64,000 nucleotides of DNA from Eledone cirrhosa (lineage: Eukaryota). Location of the stretch: assembly GCA_964016885.1 (NCBI GenBank), contig OZ024743.1, positions 270,816,001 to 270,880,000 on the forward strand, given 5' to 3'. The translations under genes were made by a program, and so were the position numbers. The stretch's first letter is position 1. Every line of letters begins with the position of its first letter. The notes under the pieces were generated by a model. The model saw nothing but the letters and a program-made list of their open reading frames with translations, searched no databases and was not told where the DNA came from. Positions 52,957 through 64,000 of the stretch are shown here, in pieces.

Positions 52957-55900
52957 GTGTTCAACTCTGCAAGGCAGTTTTCAAATCTGGTGTTCAAATC
53001 TACAGTGCAGTGTTCAAATCTACAGTGCAGTGTTCAAATCTACAGTGCATTGTTCAAATCTACAGTGCAGTGTTCAAATCTACAGTGCAGTGTTCAAATC
53101 TACAGTGCAATGTTCAAATCTACAGTGCAGTGTTCAAATCTACAGTGCAGTGTTCAAATCTACAGTGCAGTGTTCAAATCTACAGTGCAGTGTTCAAAGC
53201 TACAGTGCAGTGTTCAAATCTACAGTGCAATGTTCAAATCTACAGTGCAGTGTTCAAATCTACAGTGCGGTGTTCAAATCTACAGTGCAGTGTTCAAATC
53301 TACAGTGCAGTGTTCAAATCTACAGTGCAGTGTTCAAATCTACAGTGCAGTGTTCAAATCTACAGTGCAGTGTTCAAATCTACAGTGCAATGTTCAAATC
53401 TACAGTGCAGTGTTCAAATCTACAGTGCAGTGTTCAAATCTACAGTGCAGTGTTCAAATCTACAGTGCAATGTTCAAATCTACAGTGCAGTGTTCAAATC
53501 TACAGTGCAGTGTTCAAATCTACAGTGCAGTGTTCAAATCTACAGTGCAGTGTTTAAATCTACAGTGCAGTGTTCAAATCTACAGTGCAGTGTTCAAATC
53601 TACAGTGCAGTGTTCAAATCTACAGTGCAATGTTCAAATCTACAGTGCAATGTTCAAATCTACAGTGCAGTGTTCAAATCTACAGTGCAGTGTTCAAATC
53701 TACAGTGCAGTGTTCAAATCTACAGTGCAGTGTTCAAATCTACAGTGCAGTGTTCAAATCTACAGTGCAGTGTTCAAATCTACAGTGCAGTGTTTAAATC
53801 TACAGTGCAGTGTTCAAATCTACAGTGCAGTGTTCAAATCTACAGTGCAGTGTTCAAATCTACAGTGCAGTGTTCAAATCTACAGTGCAATGTTCAAATC
53901 TACAGTGCAGTGTTCAAATCTACAGTGCAATGTTCAAATCTACAGTGCAATGTTCAAATCTACAGTGCAGTGTTCAAATCTACAGTGCAGTGTTCAAATC
54001 TACAGTGCAGTGTTCAAATCTACAGTGCAATGTTCAAATCTACAGTGCAGTGTTCAAATCTACAGTGCAGTGTTCAAATCTACAGTGCAGTGTTCAAATC
54101 TACAGTGCAGTGTTCAAAACTACAGTGCAATGTTCAAATCTACAGTGCAATGTTCAAATCTACAGTGCAGTGTTCAAATCTACAGTGCAATGTTCAAATC
54201 TACAGTGCATTGTTCAAATCTACAGTGCAGTGTTCAAATCTACAGTGCAATGTTCAAATCTACAGTGCAGTGTTCAAATCTACAGTGCAATGTTCAAATC
54301 TACAGTGCAATGTTCAAATCTACAGTGCAGTGTTCAAATCTATAGTGCAATGTTCAAATCTACAGTGCAATGTTCAAATCTACAGTGCAGTGTTCAAATC
54401 TACAGTGCAATGTTCAAATCTACAGTGCAGTGTTCAAATCTACAGTGCAGTGTTCAAATCTACAGTGCAATGTTCAAATCTACAGTGCAGTGTTCAAATC
54501 TATAGTGCAATGTTCAAATCTATAGTGCAGTGTTCAAATCTACAGTGCAGTGTTCAAATCTACAGTGCAGTGTTCAAATCTACAGTGCAGTGTTCAAATC
54601 TACAGTGCAATGTTCAAATCTACAGTGCAGTGTTCAAATCTACAGTGCAGTATTCAAATCTACAGTGCAGTGTTCAAATCTACAGTGCAATGTTCAAATC
54701 TACAGTGCAGTGTTCAAATCTATAGTGCAATGTTCAAATCTACAGTGCAGTGTTCAAATCTACAGTGCAGTGTTCAAATCTACAGTGCAGTGTTCAAATC
54801 TACAGTGCAGTGTTCAAATCTACAGTGCAATGTTCAAATCTACAGTGCAGTGTTCAAATCTACAGTGCAGTGTTCAAATCTACAGTGCAGTGTTCAAATC
54901 TACAGTGCAGTGTTCAAATCTACAGTGCAATGTTCAAATCTACAGTGCAATGTTCAAATCTACAGTGCAGTGTTCAAATCTACAGTGCAATGTTCAAATC
55001 TACAGTGCAATGTTCAAATCTACAGTGCAGTGTTCAAATCTACAGTGCAATGTTCAAATCTACAGTGCAGTGTTCAAATCTACAGTGCAGTGTTCAAATC
55101 TACAGTGCAGTGTTCAAATCTACAGTGCAGTGTTCAAATCTACAGTGCAATGTTCAAATCTACAGTGCAATGTTCAAATCTACAGTGCAGTGTTCAAATT
55201 TACAGTGCAATGTTCAAATCTACAGTGCAATGTTCAAATCTACAGTGCAGTGTTCAAATCTACAGTGCAATGTTCAAATCTACAGTGCAGTGTTCAAATC
55301 TACAGTGCAGTGTTCAAATCTACAGTGCAGTGTTCAAAACTACAGTGCAATGTTCAAATCTACAGTGCAATGTTCAAATCTACAGTGCAGTGTTCAAATC
55401 TACAGTGCAATGTTCAAATCTACAGTGCATTGTTCAAATCTACAGTGCAGTGTTCAAATCTACAGTGCAATGTTCAAATCTACAGTGCAGTGTTCAAATC
55501 TACAGTGCAGTGTTCAAATCTACAGTGCAGTGTTCAAATCTACAGTGCAGTGTTCAAATCTACAGTGCAGTGTTCAAATCTACAGTGCAATGTTCAAATC
55601 TACAGTGCAATGTTCAAATCTACAGTGCAGTGTTCAAATCTATAGTGCAATGTTCAAATCTACAGTGCAATGTTCAAATCTACAGTGCAGTGTTCAAATC
55701 TACAGTGCAATGTTCAAATCTACAGTGCAGTGTTCAAATCTACAGTGCAGTGTTCAAATCTACAGTGCAGTGTTCAAATCTACAGTGCAATGTTCAAATC
55801 TACAGTGCAGTGTTCAAATCTATAGTGCAATGTTCAAATCTATAGTGCAGTGTTCAAATCTACAGTGCAGTGTTCAAATCTACAGTGCAGTGTTCAAATC

Positions 55901-58900
55901 TACAGTGCAGTGTTCAAATCTACAGTGCAATGTTCAAATCTACAGTGCAATGTTCAAATCTACAGTGCAGTGTTCAAATCTACAGTGCAGTGTTCAAATC
56001 TACAGTGCAGTGTTCAAATCTACAGTGCAATGTTCAAATCTACAGTGCAGTGTTCAAATCTATAGTGCAATGTTCAAATCTACAGTGCAGTGTTCAAATC
56101 TACAGTGCAGTGTTCAAATCTACAGTGCAGTGTTCAAATCTACAGTGCAGTGTTCAAATCTACAGTGCAATGTTCAAATCTACAGTGCAGTGTTCAAATC
56201 TACAGTGCAGTGTTCAAATCTACAGTGCAATGTTCAAATCTACAGTGCAGTGTTCAAATCTACAGTGCAGTGTTCAAATCTACAGTGCAGTGTTCAAATC
56301 TACAGTGCAGTGTTCAAATCTACAGTGCAGTGTTCAAATCTACAGTGCAGTGTTCAAATCTACAGTGCAATGTTCAAATCTACAGTGCAGTGTTCAAATC
56401 TATAGTGCAATGTTCAAATCTACAGTGCAATGTTCAAATCTACAGTGCAGTGTTCAAATCTACAGTGCAGTGTTCAAATCTACAGTGCAGTGTTCAAATC
56501 TACAGTGCAATGTTCAAATCTACAGTGCAGTGTTCAAATCTATAGTGCAATGTTCAAATCTATAGTGCAGTGTTCAAATCTACAGTGCAGTGTTCAAATC
56601 TACAGTGCAGTGTTCAAATCTACAGTGCAATGTTCAAATCTACAGTGCAGTGTTCAAATCTACAGTGCAGTGTTCAAATCTACAGTGCAATGTTCAAATC
56701 TACAGTGCAGTGTTCAAATCTACAGAGCAGTGTTCAAATCTACAGTGCAGTGTTCAAATCTACAGTGCAGTGTTCAAATCTACAGTGCAGTGTTCAAATC
56801 TATAGTGCAATGTTCAAATCTACAGTGCAGTGTTCAAATATACAGTGCAGTGTTCAAATCTACAGTGCAATGTTCAAATCTACAGTGCAGTGTTCAAATC
56901 TACAGTGCAATGTTCAAATCTACAGTGCAATGTTCAAATCTACAGTGCAGTGTTCAAATCTACAGTGCAATGTTTAAATCTACAGTGCAGTGTTCAAATC
57001 TACAGTGCAATGTTCAAATCTACAGTGCAATGTTCAAATCTACAGTGCAGTGTTCAAATCTACAGTGCAATGTTCAAATCTACAGAGCAGTGTTCAAATC
57101 TACAGTGCAGTGTTCAAATCTACAGTGCAGTGTTCAAATCTACAGTGCAGTGTTCAAATCTACAGTGCAGTGTTCAAATCTACAGTGCAGTGTTCAAATC
57201 TACAGTGCAATGTTCAAATCTACAGTGCAGTGTTCAAATCTATAGTGCAATGTTCAAATCTACAGTGCAATGTTCAAATCTACAGTGCAGTGTTCAAATC
57301 TACAGTGCAGTGTTCAAATCTACAGTGCAGTGTTCAAATCTACAGTGCAATGTTCAAATCTACAGTGCAGTGTTCAAATCTATAGTGCAATGTTCAAATC
57401 TATAGTGCAGTGTTCAAATCTACAGTGCAGTGTTCAAATCTACAGTGCAGTGTTCAAATCTACAGTGCAATGTTCAAATCTACAGTGCAGTGTTCAAATC
57501 TACAGTGCAGTGTTCAAATCTACAGTGCAATGTTCAAATCTACAGTGCAGTGTTCAAATCTACAGAGCAGTGTTCAAATCTACAGTGCAGTGTTCAAATC
57601 TACAGTGCAGTGTTCAAATCTACAGTGCAGTGTTCAAATCTATAGTGCAATGTTCAAATCTACAGTGCAGTGTTCAAATATACAGTGCAGTGTTCAAATC
57701 TACAGTGCAATGTTCAAATCTACAGTGCAGTGTTCAAATCTACAGTGCAATGTTCAAATCTACAGTGCAATGTTCAAATCTACAGTGCAGTGTTCAAATC
57801 TACAGTGCAATGTTTAAATCTACAGTGCAGTGTTCAAATCTACAGTGCAATGTTCAAATCTACAGTGCAGTGTTCAAATCTACAGTGCAGTGTTCAAATC
57901 TACAGTGCAGTGTTCAAATCTACAGTGCAATGTTCAAATCTACAGTGCAATGTTCAAATCTACAGTGCAGTGTTCAAATCTACAGTGCAATGTTCAAATC
58001 TACAGTGCAGTGTTCAAATCTACAGTGCAGTGTTCAAATCTACAGTGCAGTGTTCAAATCTACAGTGCAGTGTTCAAATCTACAGTGCAATGTTCAAATC
58101 TACAGTGCAGTGTTCAAATCTACAGTGCAGTGTTCAAATCTACAGTGCAATGTTCAAATCTACAGTGCAGTGTTCAAATCTACAGTGCAGTCTTCAAATC
58201 TACAGTGCAGTCTTCAAATCTACAGTGCACTGTTCAAATCTACAGTGCAGTGTTCAAATCTACAGTGCAGTGTTCAAATCTACAGTGCAATGTTCAAATC
58301 TACAGTGCAATGTTCAAATCTACAGTGCAGTGTTCAAATCTACAGTGCAATGTTTAAATCTACAGTGCAATGTTCAAATCTACAGTGCAGTGTTCAAATC
58401 TACAGTGCAATGTTCAAATCTACAGTGCAGTGTTTAAATCTACAGTGCAGTGTTCAAATCTACAGTGCAGTGTTCAAATCTACAGTGCAATGTTCAAATC
58501 TACAGTGCAGTGTTCAAATCTATAGTGCAATGTTCAAATCTACAGTGCAGTGTTCAAATCTACAGTGCAGTGTTCAAATCTACAGTGCAGTGTTCAAATC
58601 TACAGTGCAGTGTTCAAATCTACAGTGCAATGTTCAAATCTACAGTGCAGTGTTAAAATCTACATTGCAGTGTTCAAATCTACAGTGCAGTGTTCAAATC
58701 TACAGTGCAATGTTCAAATCTACAGTGCAGTGTTCAAATCTATAGTGCAATGTTCAAATCTACAGTGCAGTGTTCAAATCTACAGTGCAGTGTTCAAATC
58801 TACAGTGCAGTGTTCAAATCTACAGTGCAGTGTTCAAATCTACAGTGCAATGTTCAAATCTACAGTGCAATGTTCAAATCTACAGTGCAGTGTTCAAATC

Positions 58901-60697
58901 TACAGTGCAATGTTCAAATCTACAGTGCAGTGTTCAAATCTATAGTGCAATGTTCAAATCTACAGTGCAGTGTTCAAATCTACAGTGCAGTGTTCAAATC
59001 TACAGTGCAGTGTTCAAATCTACAGTGCAGTGTTCAAATCTACAGTGCAGTGTTCAAATCTACAGTGCAGTGTTCAAATCTACAGTGCAGTGTTCAAATC
59101 TACAGTGCAGTGTTCAAATCTACAGTGCAGTGTTCAAATCTACAGTGCAATGTTCAAATCTACAGTGCAGTGTTCAAATCTATAGTGCAGTGTTCAAATC
59201 TACAGTGCAGTGTTCAAATCTACAGTGCAATGTTCAAATCTACAGTGCAGTGTTCAAATCTACAGTGCAGTGTTCAAATCTACAGTGCAGTGTTCAAATC
59301 TACAGTGCAGTGTTCAAATCTACAGTGCAGTGTTCAAAGCTACAGTGCAATGTTCAATCTATAGTGCAGTGTTCAAATCTACAGTGCAATTTTCAAATCT
59401 ACAGTGCAGTGTTCAAATCTACAGTGCAGTGTTCAAATCTACAGTGCAGTGTTCAAATCTACAGTGCAGTGTTCAAATCTACAGTGCAGTGTTCAAAGCT
59501 ACAGTGCAATGTTCAATCTATAGTGCAGTGTTCAAATCTACAGTGCAGTGTTCAAAGCTACAGTGCAGTGTTCAAATCTACAGTGCAATGTTCAAATCTA
59601 CAGTGCAGTGTTCAAATCTACAGTGCAATGTTCAAATCTACAGTGCAGTGTTCAACTCTACAGTGCAGTGTTCAAATCTACAGTGCAGTGTTCAAATCTA
59701 CAGTGCAATGTTCAAATCTACAGTGCTGTGTTCAAATCTACAGTGCAATGTTCAAATCTACAGTGCAGTGTTCAAATCTACAGTGCAGTGTTCAAATCTA
59801 CAGTGCAGTGTTCAAATCTACAGTGCAGTGTTCAATTCTACAGTGCAGTGTTCAAATCTACAGTGCAGTGTTCAAATCTACAGTGCAATGTTCAAATCTA
59901 CAGTGCAATGTTCAAATCTACAGTGCAATGTTCAAATCTACAGTGCAGTGTTCAAATCTACAGTGCAATGTTCAAATCTACAGTGCAGTGTTCAAATCTA
60001 CAGTGCAGTGTTCAAATCTACAGTGCAGTGTTCAAATCTACAGTGCAATGTTCAAATCTACAGTGCAATGTTCAAATCTACAGTGCAGTGTTCAAATCTA
60101 CAGTGCAATGTTCAAATCTACAGTGCAGTGTTCAAATCTACAGTGCAGTGTTCAAATCTACAGTGCAGTGTTCAAATCTACAGTGCAGTGTTCAAATCTA
60201 CAGTGCAGTGTTCAAACCTACAGTGCAGTGTTCAAATCTACAGTGCAATGTTCAAATCTACAGTGCAGTGTTCAAACCTACAGTGCAGTGTTCAAATCTA
60301 CAGTGCAATGTTCAAATATACAGTGCAGTGTTCAAATCTACAGTGCAGTGTTCAAATCTACAGTGCAGTGTTCAAATCTACAGTGCAGTGTTCAAATCTA
60401 CAGTGCAATGTTCAAATCTACAGTGAAGTGTTCAAATCTACAGTGCAGTGTTCAAATCTACAGTGCAGTGTTCAAATCTACAGTGCAGTGTTCAAATGTA
60501 CAGTGCAATGTTCAAATCTACAGTGCAGTGTTCAAATCTACAGTGCAATGTTCAAATCTACAGTGCAGTGTTCAAATCTACAGTGCAATGTTCAAATCTA
60601 CAGCCCAATGTTCAAATCTACAGTGCAGTGTTCAACTCTGCAGTAAGTATTCAAATCTGCAGGTCAGGGTTCAACTCTGTGGTGCCGTGTTCAAATT
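52957..60697. repeat. Tandem satellite/minisatellite, 20-bp monomer TGTTCAAATCTACAGTGCAG (about 380 copies)
   Basis: Homogeneous core at about 52991-60640; main variant GCAA versus GCAG; degenerate monomers at both edges. Confidence 0.98.
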
Positions 60698-60837
60698 ATC
60701 AAATTAAGTCTGCACAAAGATAGGTAGAAGCCACACTAGTGTAATCTGTTCTAGATCAGAAATCTAATTGTCGTTATTAAACAAATCTTTGATGATAATG
60801 ATAATATAGTAGCTGCCAGATGATCATGCGTTTTAAT

Positions 60838-61022
60838 ATAATTGTTTCTACTTTTGGCACAAGGCCAGCTATTATTCCAGTGCATTACTGGTACTTTATT
60901 TTATTGACGCCGTAAGGATGAAAAGCAAAGTTAACCTCGACGGGCTTTGAACTCAGACCGTAAAGGGACGTAACTATGCTGGAAAGCATGGCGTCCGACC
61001 ATCTACCGATACTGCCAATCCA
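60838..61022 (-). mobile_element. tRNA-derived SINE, copy 4
   Basis: Reverse complement of copies 1-2 (TGGATTGGCAGTATCGGTAGA...GAGTTCAAA...GTAGAAACAATTA). Confidence 0.88.
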
Positions 61023-61062
61023 GTGTGTGTGTATGTATACATTCATATATATATATATATAT

Positions 61063-61335
61063 CTAGGGCGGGTAAAATTCCCGAGATCCATGGACGAGTT
61101 CTCTCCAGCGGGCTCTGTCCCTCATTATGGCTGCCATGTCCTGCGTCTCCAACAGGCCAGTGTCTGTCCTTAGGGCATCAACACACGTTAACCTTGGTCT
61201 CCTTCTTCCAGTGTGTCCATGTAGGGGCTCCCACAGGAGCACTGAGTGCAATGTCAACTCTGGATGTCGGTGAGCATGTCCAGCTAACCTCAGTCTCCTC
61301 TGTGTCACTTTTGAGCTGACTTTTGAGAGGCTCCC
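61063..61335 (-). mobile_element. 5'-truncated RTE/RTE-X LINE fragment (ORF2 C-terminus) in (TA)n
   Basis: RRLRLAGHAHRHPE..LLWEP..G..RRRP..T.VD.LR.DTGL...MRDRARWRELV is the typical RTE-group C-terminus. The stop codon abuts (TA)n. Confidence 0.8.
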
Positions 61336-61542
61336 ATATATATATATGTTTATATATATATGTATGTATATATATATGTATGTATACATATATATGTATA
61401 TATATATATATATATAGAAGGGTCCCATATATATATATATATAAATATATATATATTATATATATAGATATATATATATATATATAATTATATATATATA
61501 TATTATATATATATTATATATATATATTATATATATATTATA

Positions 61543-61609
<67 letters not shown>
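61336..61609. repeat. (TA)n microsatellite
   Basis: Directly visible. Confidence 0.95.
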
Positions 61610-61610
<1 letters not shown>

Positions 61611-62169
61611 TAGCAGCTGAGCCCGGTTGCACCCGGGGCCACTTTTTATTAAGTTAATAATTTGAAAAATATTATTGAAAGTTTATTATGTGACCGTACT
61701 GCAGAATCGATTTCATAAAACGGTACTGTATGATCGTTAAATGTAGAAGGATGATAGTTTATTAACAGCGAAATAGCAATGTCGATGAATGATATGCAAG
61801 TTTAAAAATGCATATTATGAAGGTTTGTATGATAGTTTACACTTTTACCTGAAACTGCTTCTTTATAATAAACTTTCAATAATATTTTTCAAATTATTGG
61901 TACTGTATGTTAACAGCGAAAGAACGTTGATGAAATTGTAAATAAGACAAAAGTATTAGAACAGGGGGAAATAACTCCCCGAACGTGATAGTTTTGGGGC
62001 CCCATGGACCACATTTTTCAAGTTAGAGATTTGAAACCTCGTCTATTTGCTTCCTTCGCACTTTTTACATAGGTGTGTAAATTTTCATTTCAGTCCGACC
62101 ACGTCTACTACCATTTAACCGTGCACATCTGAATTTCAACCACCGCCCATTTCACAAATATATATTAGA
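61610..62169 (-). mobile_element. Non-autonomous Helitron, 560 bp
   Basis: On the minus strand it reads A|TCTAATATA...CCCGGGTGCAACCGGG (GC hairpin, 61622-61637), then 8 nt, then CTAG|T. This matches the canonical 5' TC, 3' hairpin plus CTAG, and AT insertion site. Confidence 0.72.
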
Positions 62170-62379
62170 TACATATATATTGATAATTAAGCATGACCAT
62201 CACAGACGTGGCTTTTTAGTCCTGCTAGGAACTTGCCTATGGCCAACAATACCATGCAGCGCAAACAATGTCACATATCAAGCGATGCCTGTGTTTGAAG
62301 CTTTTTTAAGTGAGGAAAGACTTTGCACGGGGCCAACTCCACTCTCTGAACATCGAATATATTTACTTCGTTTGCATTC

Positions 62380-62870
62380 AATGACGTATGGAGCCCCGAG
62401 CATGCTTCTTGCTGCTGATACGGTCATACCTTCGGCCACTGGGGTCAAACAGGGCTACCCTTTGTGCCTCCTCCTGTTTGCCCTTGGTATAGACCACATC
62501 GCCCGGAATATCACGGCCCCTCTCAACGTTTGGTATCTGGATGATGCTACGTTGGGCGAGGCCGTACAGACTGTCTGCCATGACCTACAATCGGTGGGAA
62601 TCGGCCTCCAGGTCAACTCGTCCAAGTCGGAGGTGGTGAATGTCAGCCACAATGTTGAGAGCTATGCAGCCTCCGTCTCGGACGTGCGGTCCATTCTCCG
62701 CCAGGTACAGGTGACCCCCCAAAGAGGAAGTCCTCATCCTCGGGTCACCGATCCAGCCACCGGCCATCCGCTCCACCATTAGGTCCAGGCTCCAATAACT
62801 CCAGACTCTCACGAGCCGACTGGGCTTGATCGAAGGCCACCCAACTCTCTTTCTGTTGAGGAACTGTCAG
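62380..62870 (+). pseudogene. Internal RT fragment of a CRE-clade non-LTR retrotransposon
   Basis: YGAPSML...SATGVKQGYPL.LLLFALGI, VWYLDDATL and GLQVNSSKSEV. After a frameshift the sequence reads LILGSPI...HPTLFLLRNC. Confidence 0.75.
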
Positions 62871-63811
62871 CCTAAAAAGCATGTTTGTCTACATAATCTT
62901 ATATTGGCGGTGTAACCCTTACTTTCTGTGGCCAAGTTTAATACATTCAAACACTCCCACCATTTAAAAGAATACAAAATAATGTAATATAACAGTTTCA
63001 ATATTAGTTAGGTAACTAATTCATTCCTCAGTTAGCTTAGTAACCTGATGGCTATCTAATTGTTATATTTAATTGTCAAAACTCTTTCGTCACACATTCT
63101 GGGATCTTTTCAATAACGGTTATTGCTCCTCTTTGTCTCCCCTTTCTTTTTATCTTGTCTCTTTATCGTGTACACGGGCGTGTATGTATCCCCATGCTAC
63201 TGTGTTTAGCATATGCATGCGTGTATGCGTGTATGTGCATCTGTGTGTAGGAGTATATGTATGCATATAGTGTATTTATATTTGTTTAAGTTCTGGTGAA
63301 TTTTCTTCCAGCTTTCATGTCTCTGTGTCTGTGTATGCATCCGTTCACATCTCTATGCTTGTCTCTTTGTACATCCATTTTTATGTGTCATGCTATTTTT
63401 AAGCCCTCTAAACTGTCATTATATAGTTATTATTCCATTCCTGCATTCTATCAAGAGTGGGTTTATGTCTGTTTGTGCATTTCGTTGTATTTATTCTTGT
63501 GTGCTTTCTATTGAGGGTAGGTTTGCATTCTGTTTATAAGTGGCTTCCTTAATCTGTTTGATGCATAGAAAGGATTCTTATTTCAATGTTTTCTAGTGAG
63601 CCACTATGATCTAGTTTGATATGTTGGTAGAGCACTGGCGATTTTTTCGTGTTTTTCAGTCACCACCCGTATTTATTCATCCTTTTTCCTTGACTACGAA
63701 CCATTTCCCCTATGTAAGTCGTGGTTGGGTTTCTACGTTGCCCCTCAGTGCACCTTATGTTATGTACAACATTTCTAGTTTTACAGATTATACAATGTCT
63801 GTCAATACCTG

Positions 63812-63925
63812 ACTGGTTAGCTGGTTGTTTGTTTGTTTGTTTAGTTGGTTGGTTGGTTGGTTGGTTGGTTGGTTGGTTGGTTGGTTGTTTGGCCGGCTGG
63901 CTGGTCGGCTGGTTAGCTGGCTGGT
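63812..63925. repeat. (TTTG)/(TTGG)/(CTGG)n microsatellite
   Basis: Directly visible. Confidence 0.92.
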
Positions 63926-64000
63926 GGAGTCAGTCTGTGATGTTGGTAGTTTTGCATTGTTATTAAACACATTATTGCTTCTGTGAACTCGCTCACATAT

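Noticed and set aside
52934-60723. Long plus-strand ORFs of repeated VFKSTVQCSNLQCSVQIYSA
   Set aside because: Same artefact from the 20-bp monomer; stops and indels occur at random.
52860-60840. TIR or Helitron ends enclosing the 20-bp array
   Set aside because: I found no convincing inverted termini, TSD or hairpin-plus-CTAG arrangement in the flanks.

Overview
Eukaryotic (animal) repeat-dominated DNA with no recognisable host gene. The SINE and repeat types resemble those I recall from octopod cephalopods, which is inference only. Layout: (1) 1-35.46 kb is a 16-bp satellite (GCCAGAGTGATATACC) with kb-scale higher-order duplications and layered variant domains. (2) 36.1-41.9 kb is a near full-length Tx1-clade LINE (gag-like ORF1; APE-RT ORF2 with one frameshift) sitting inside a (TAGA)n tract. 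(3) 42.9-46.5 kb is a decayed R4/Dong-type RLE retrotransposon inserted in an (ATT)n tract that is also a tRNA-SINE tail, and it carries a second SINE with an 18-bp TSD. (4) 46.5-52.9 kb is a microsatellite sea with two fold-back elements in (TA)n, one carrying mirror-image minimal hammerhead ribozymes (Penelope-like), plus a MITE and SINEs. (5) 52.96-60.7 kb is a 20-bp satellite (TGTTCAAATCTACAGTGCAG). (6) 60.8-64 kb holds a SINE, an RTE 3' fragment, a non-autonomous Helitron and a CRE-clade RT fragment. Almost all long ORFs in the track are satellite read-through artefacts.
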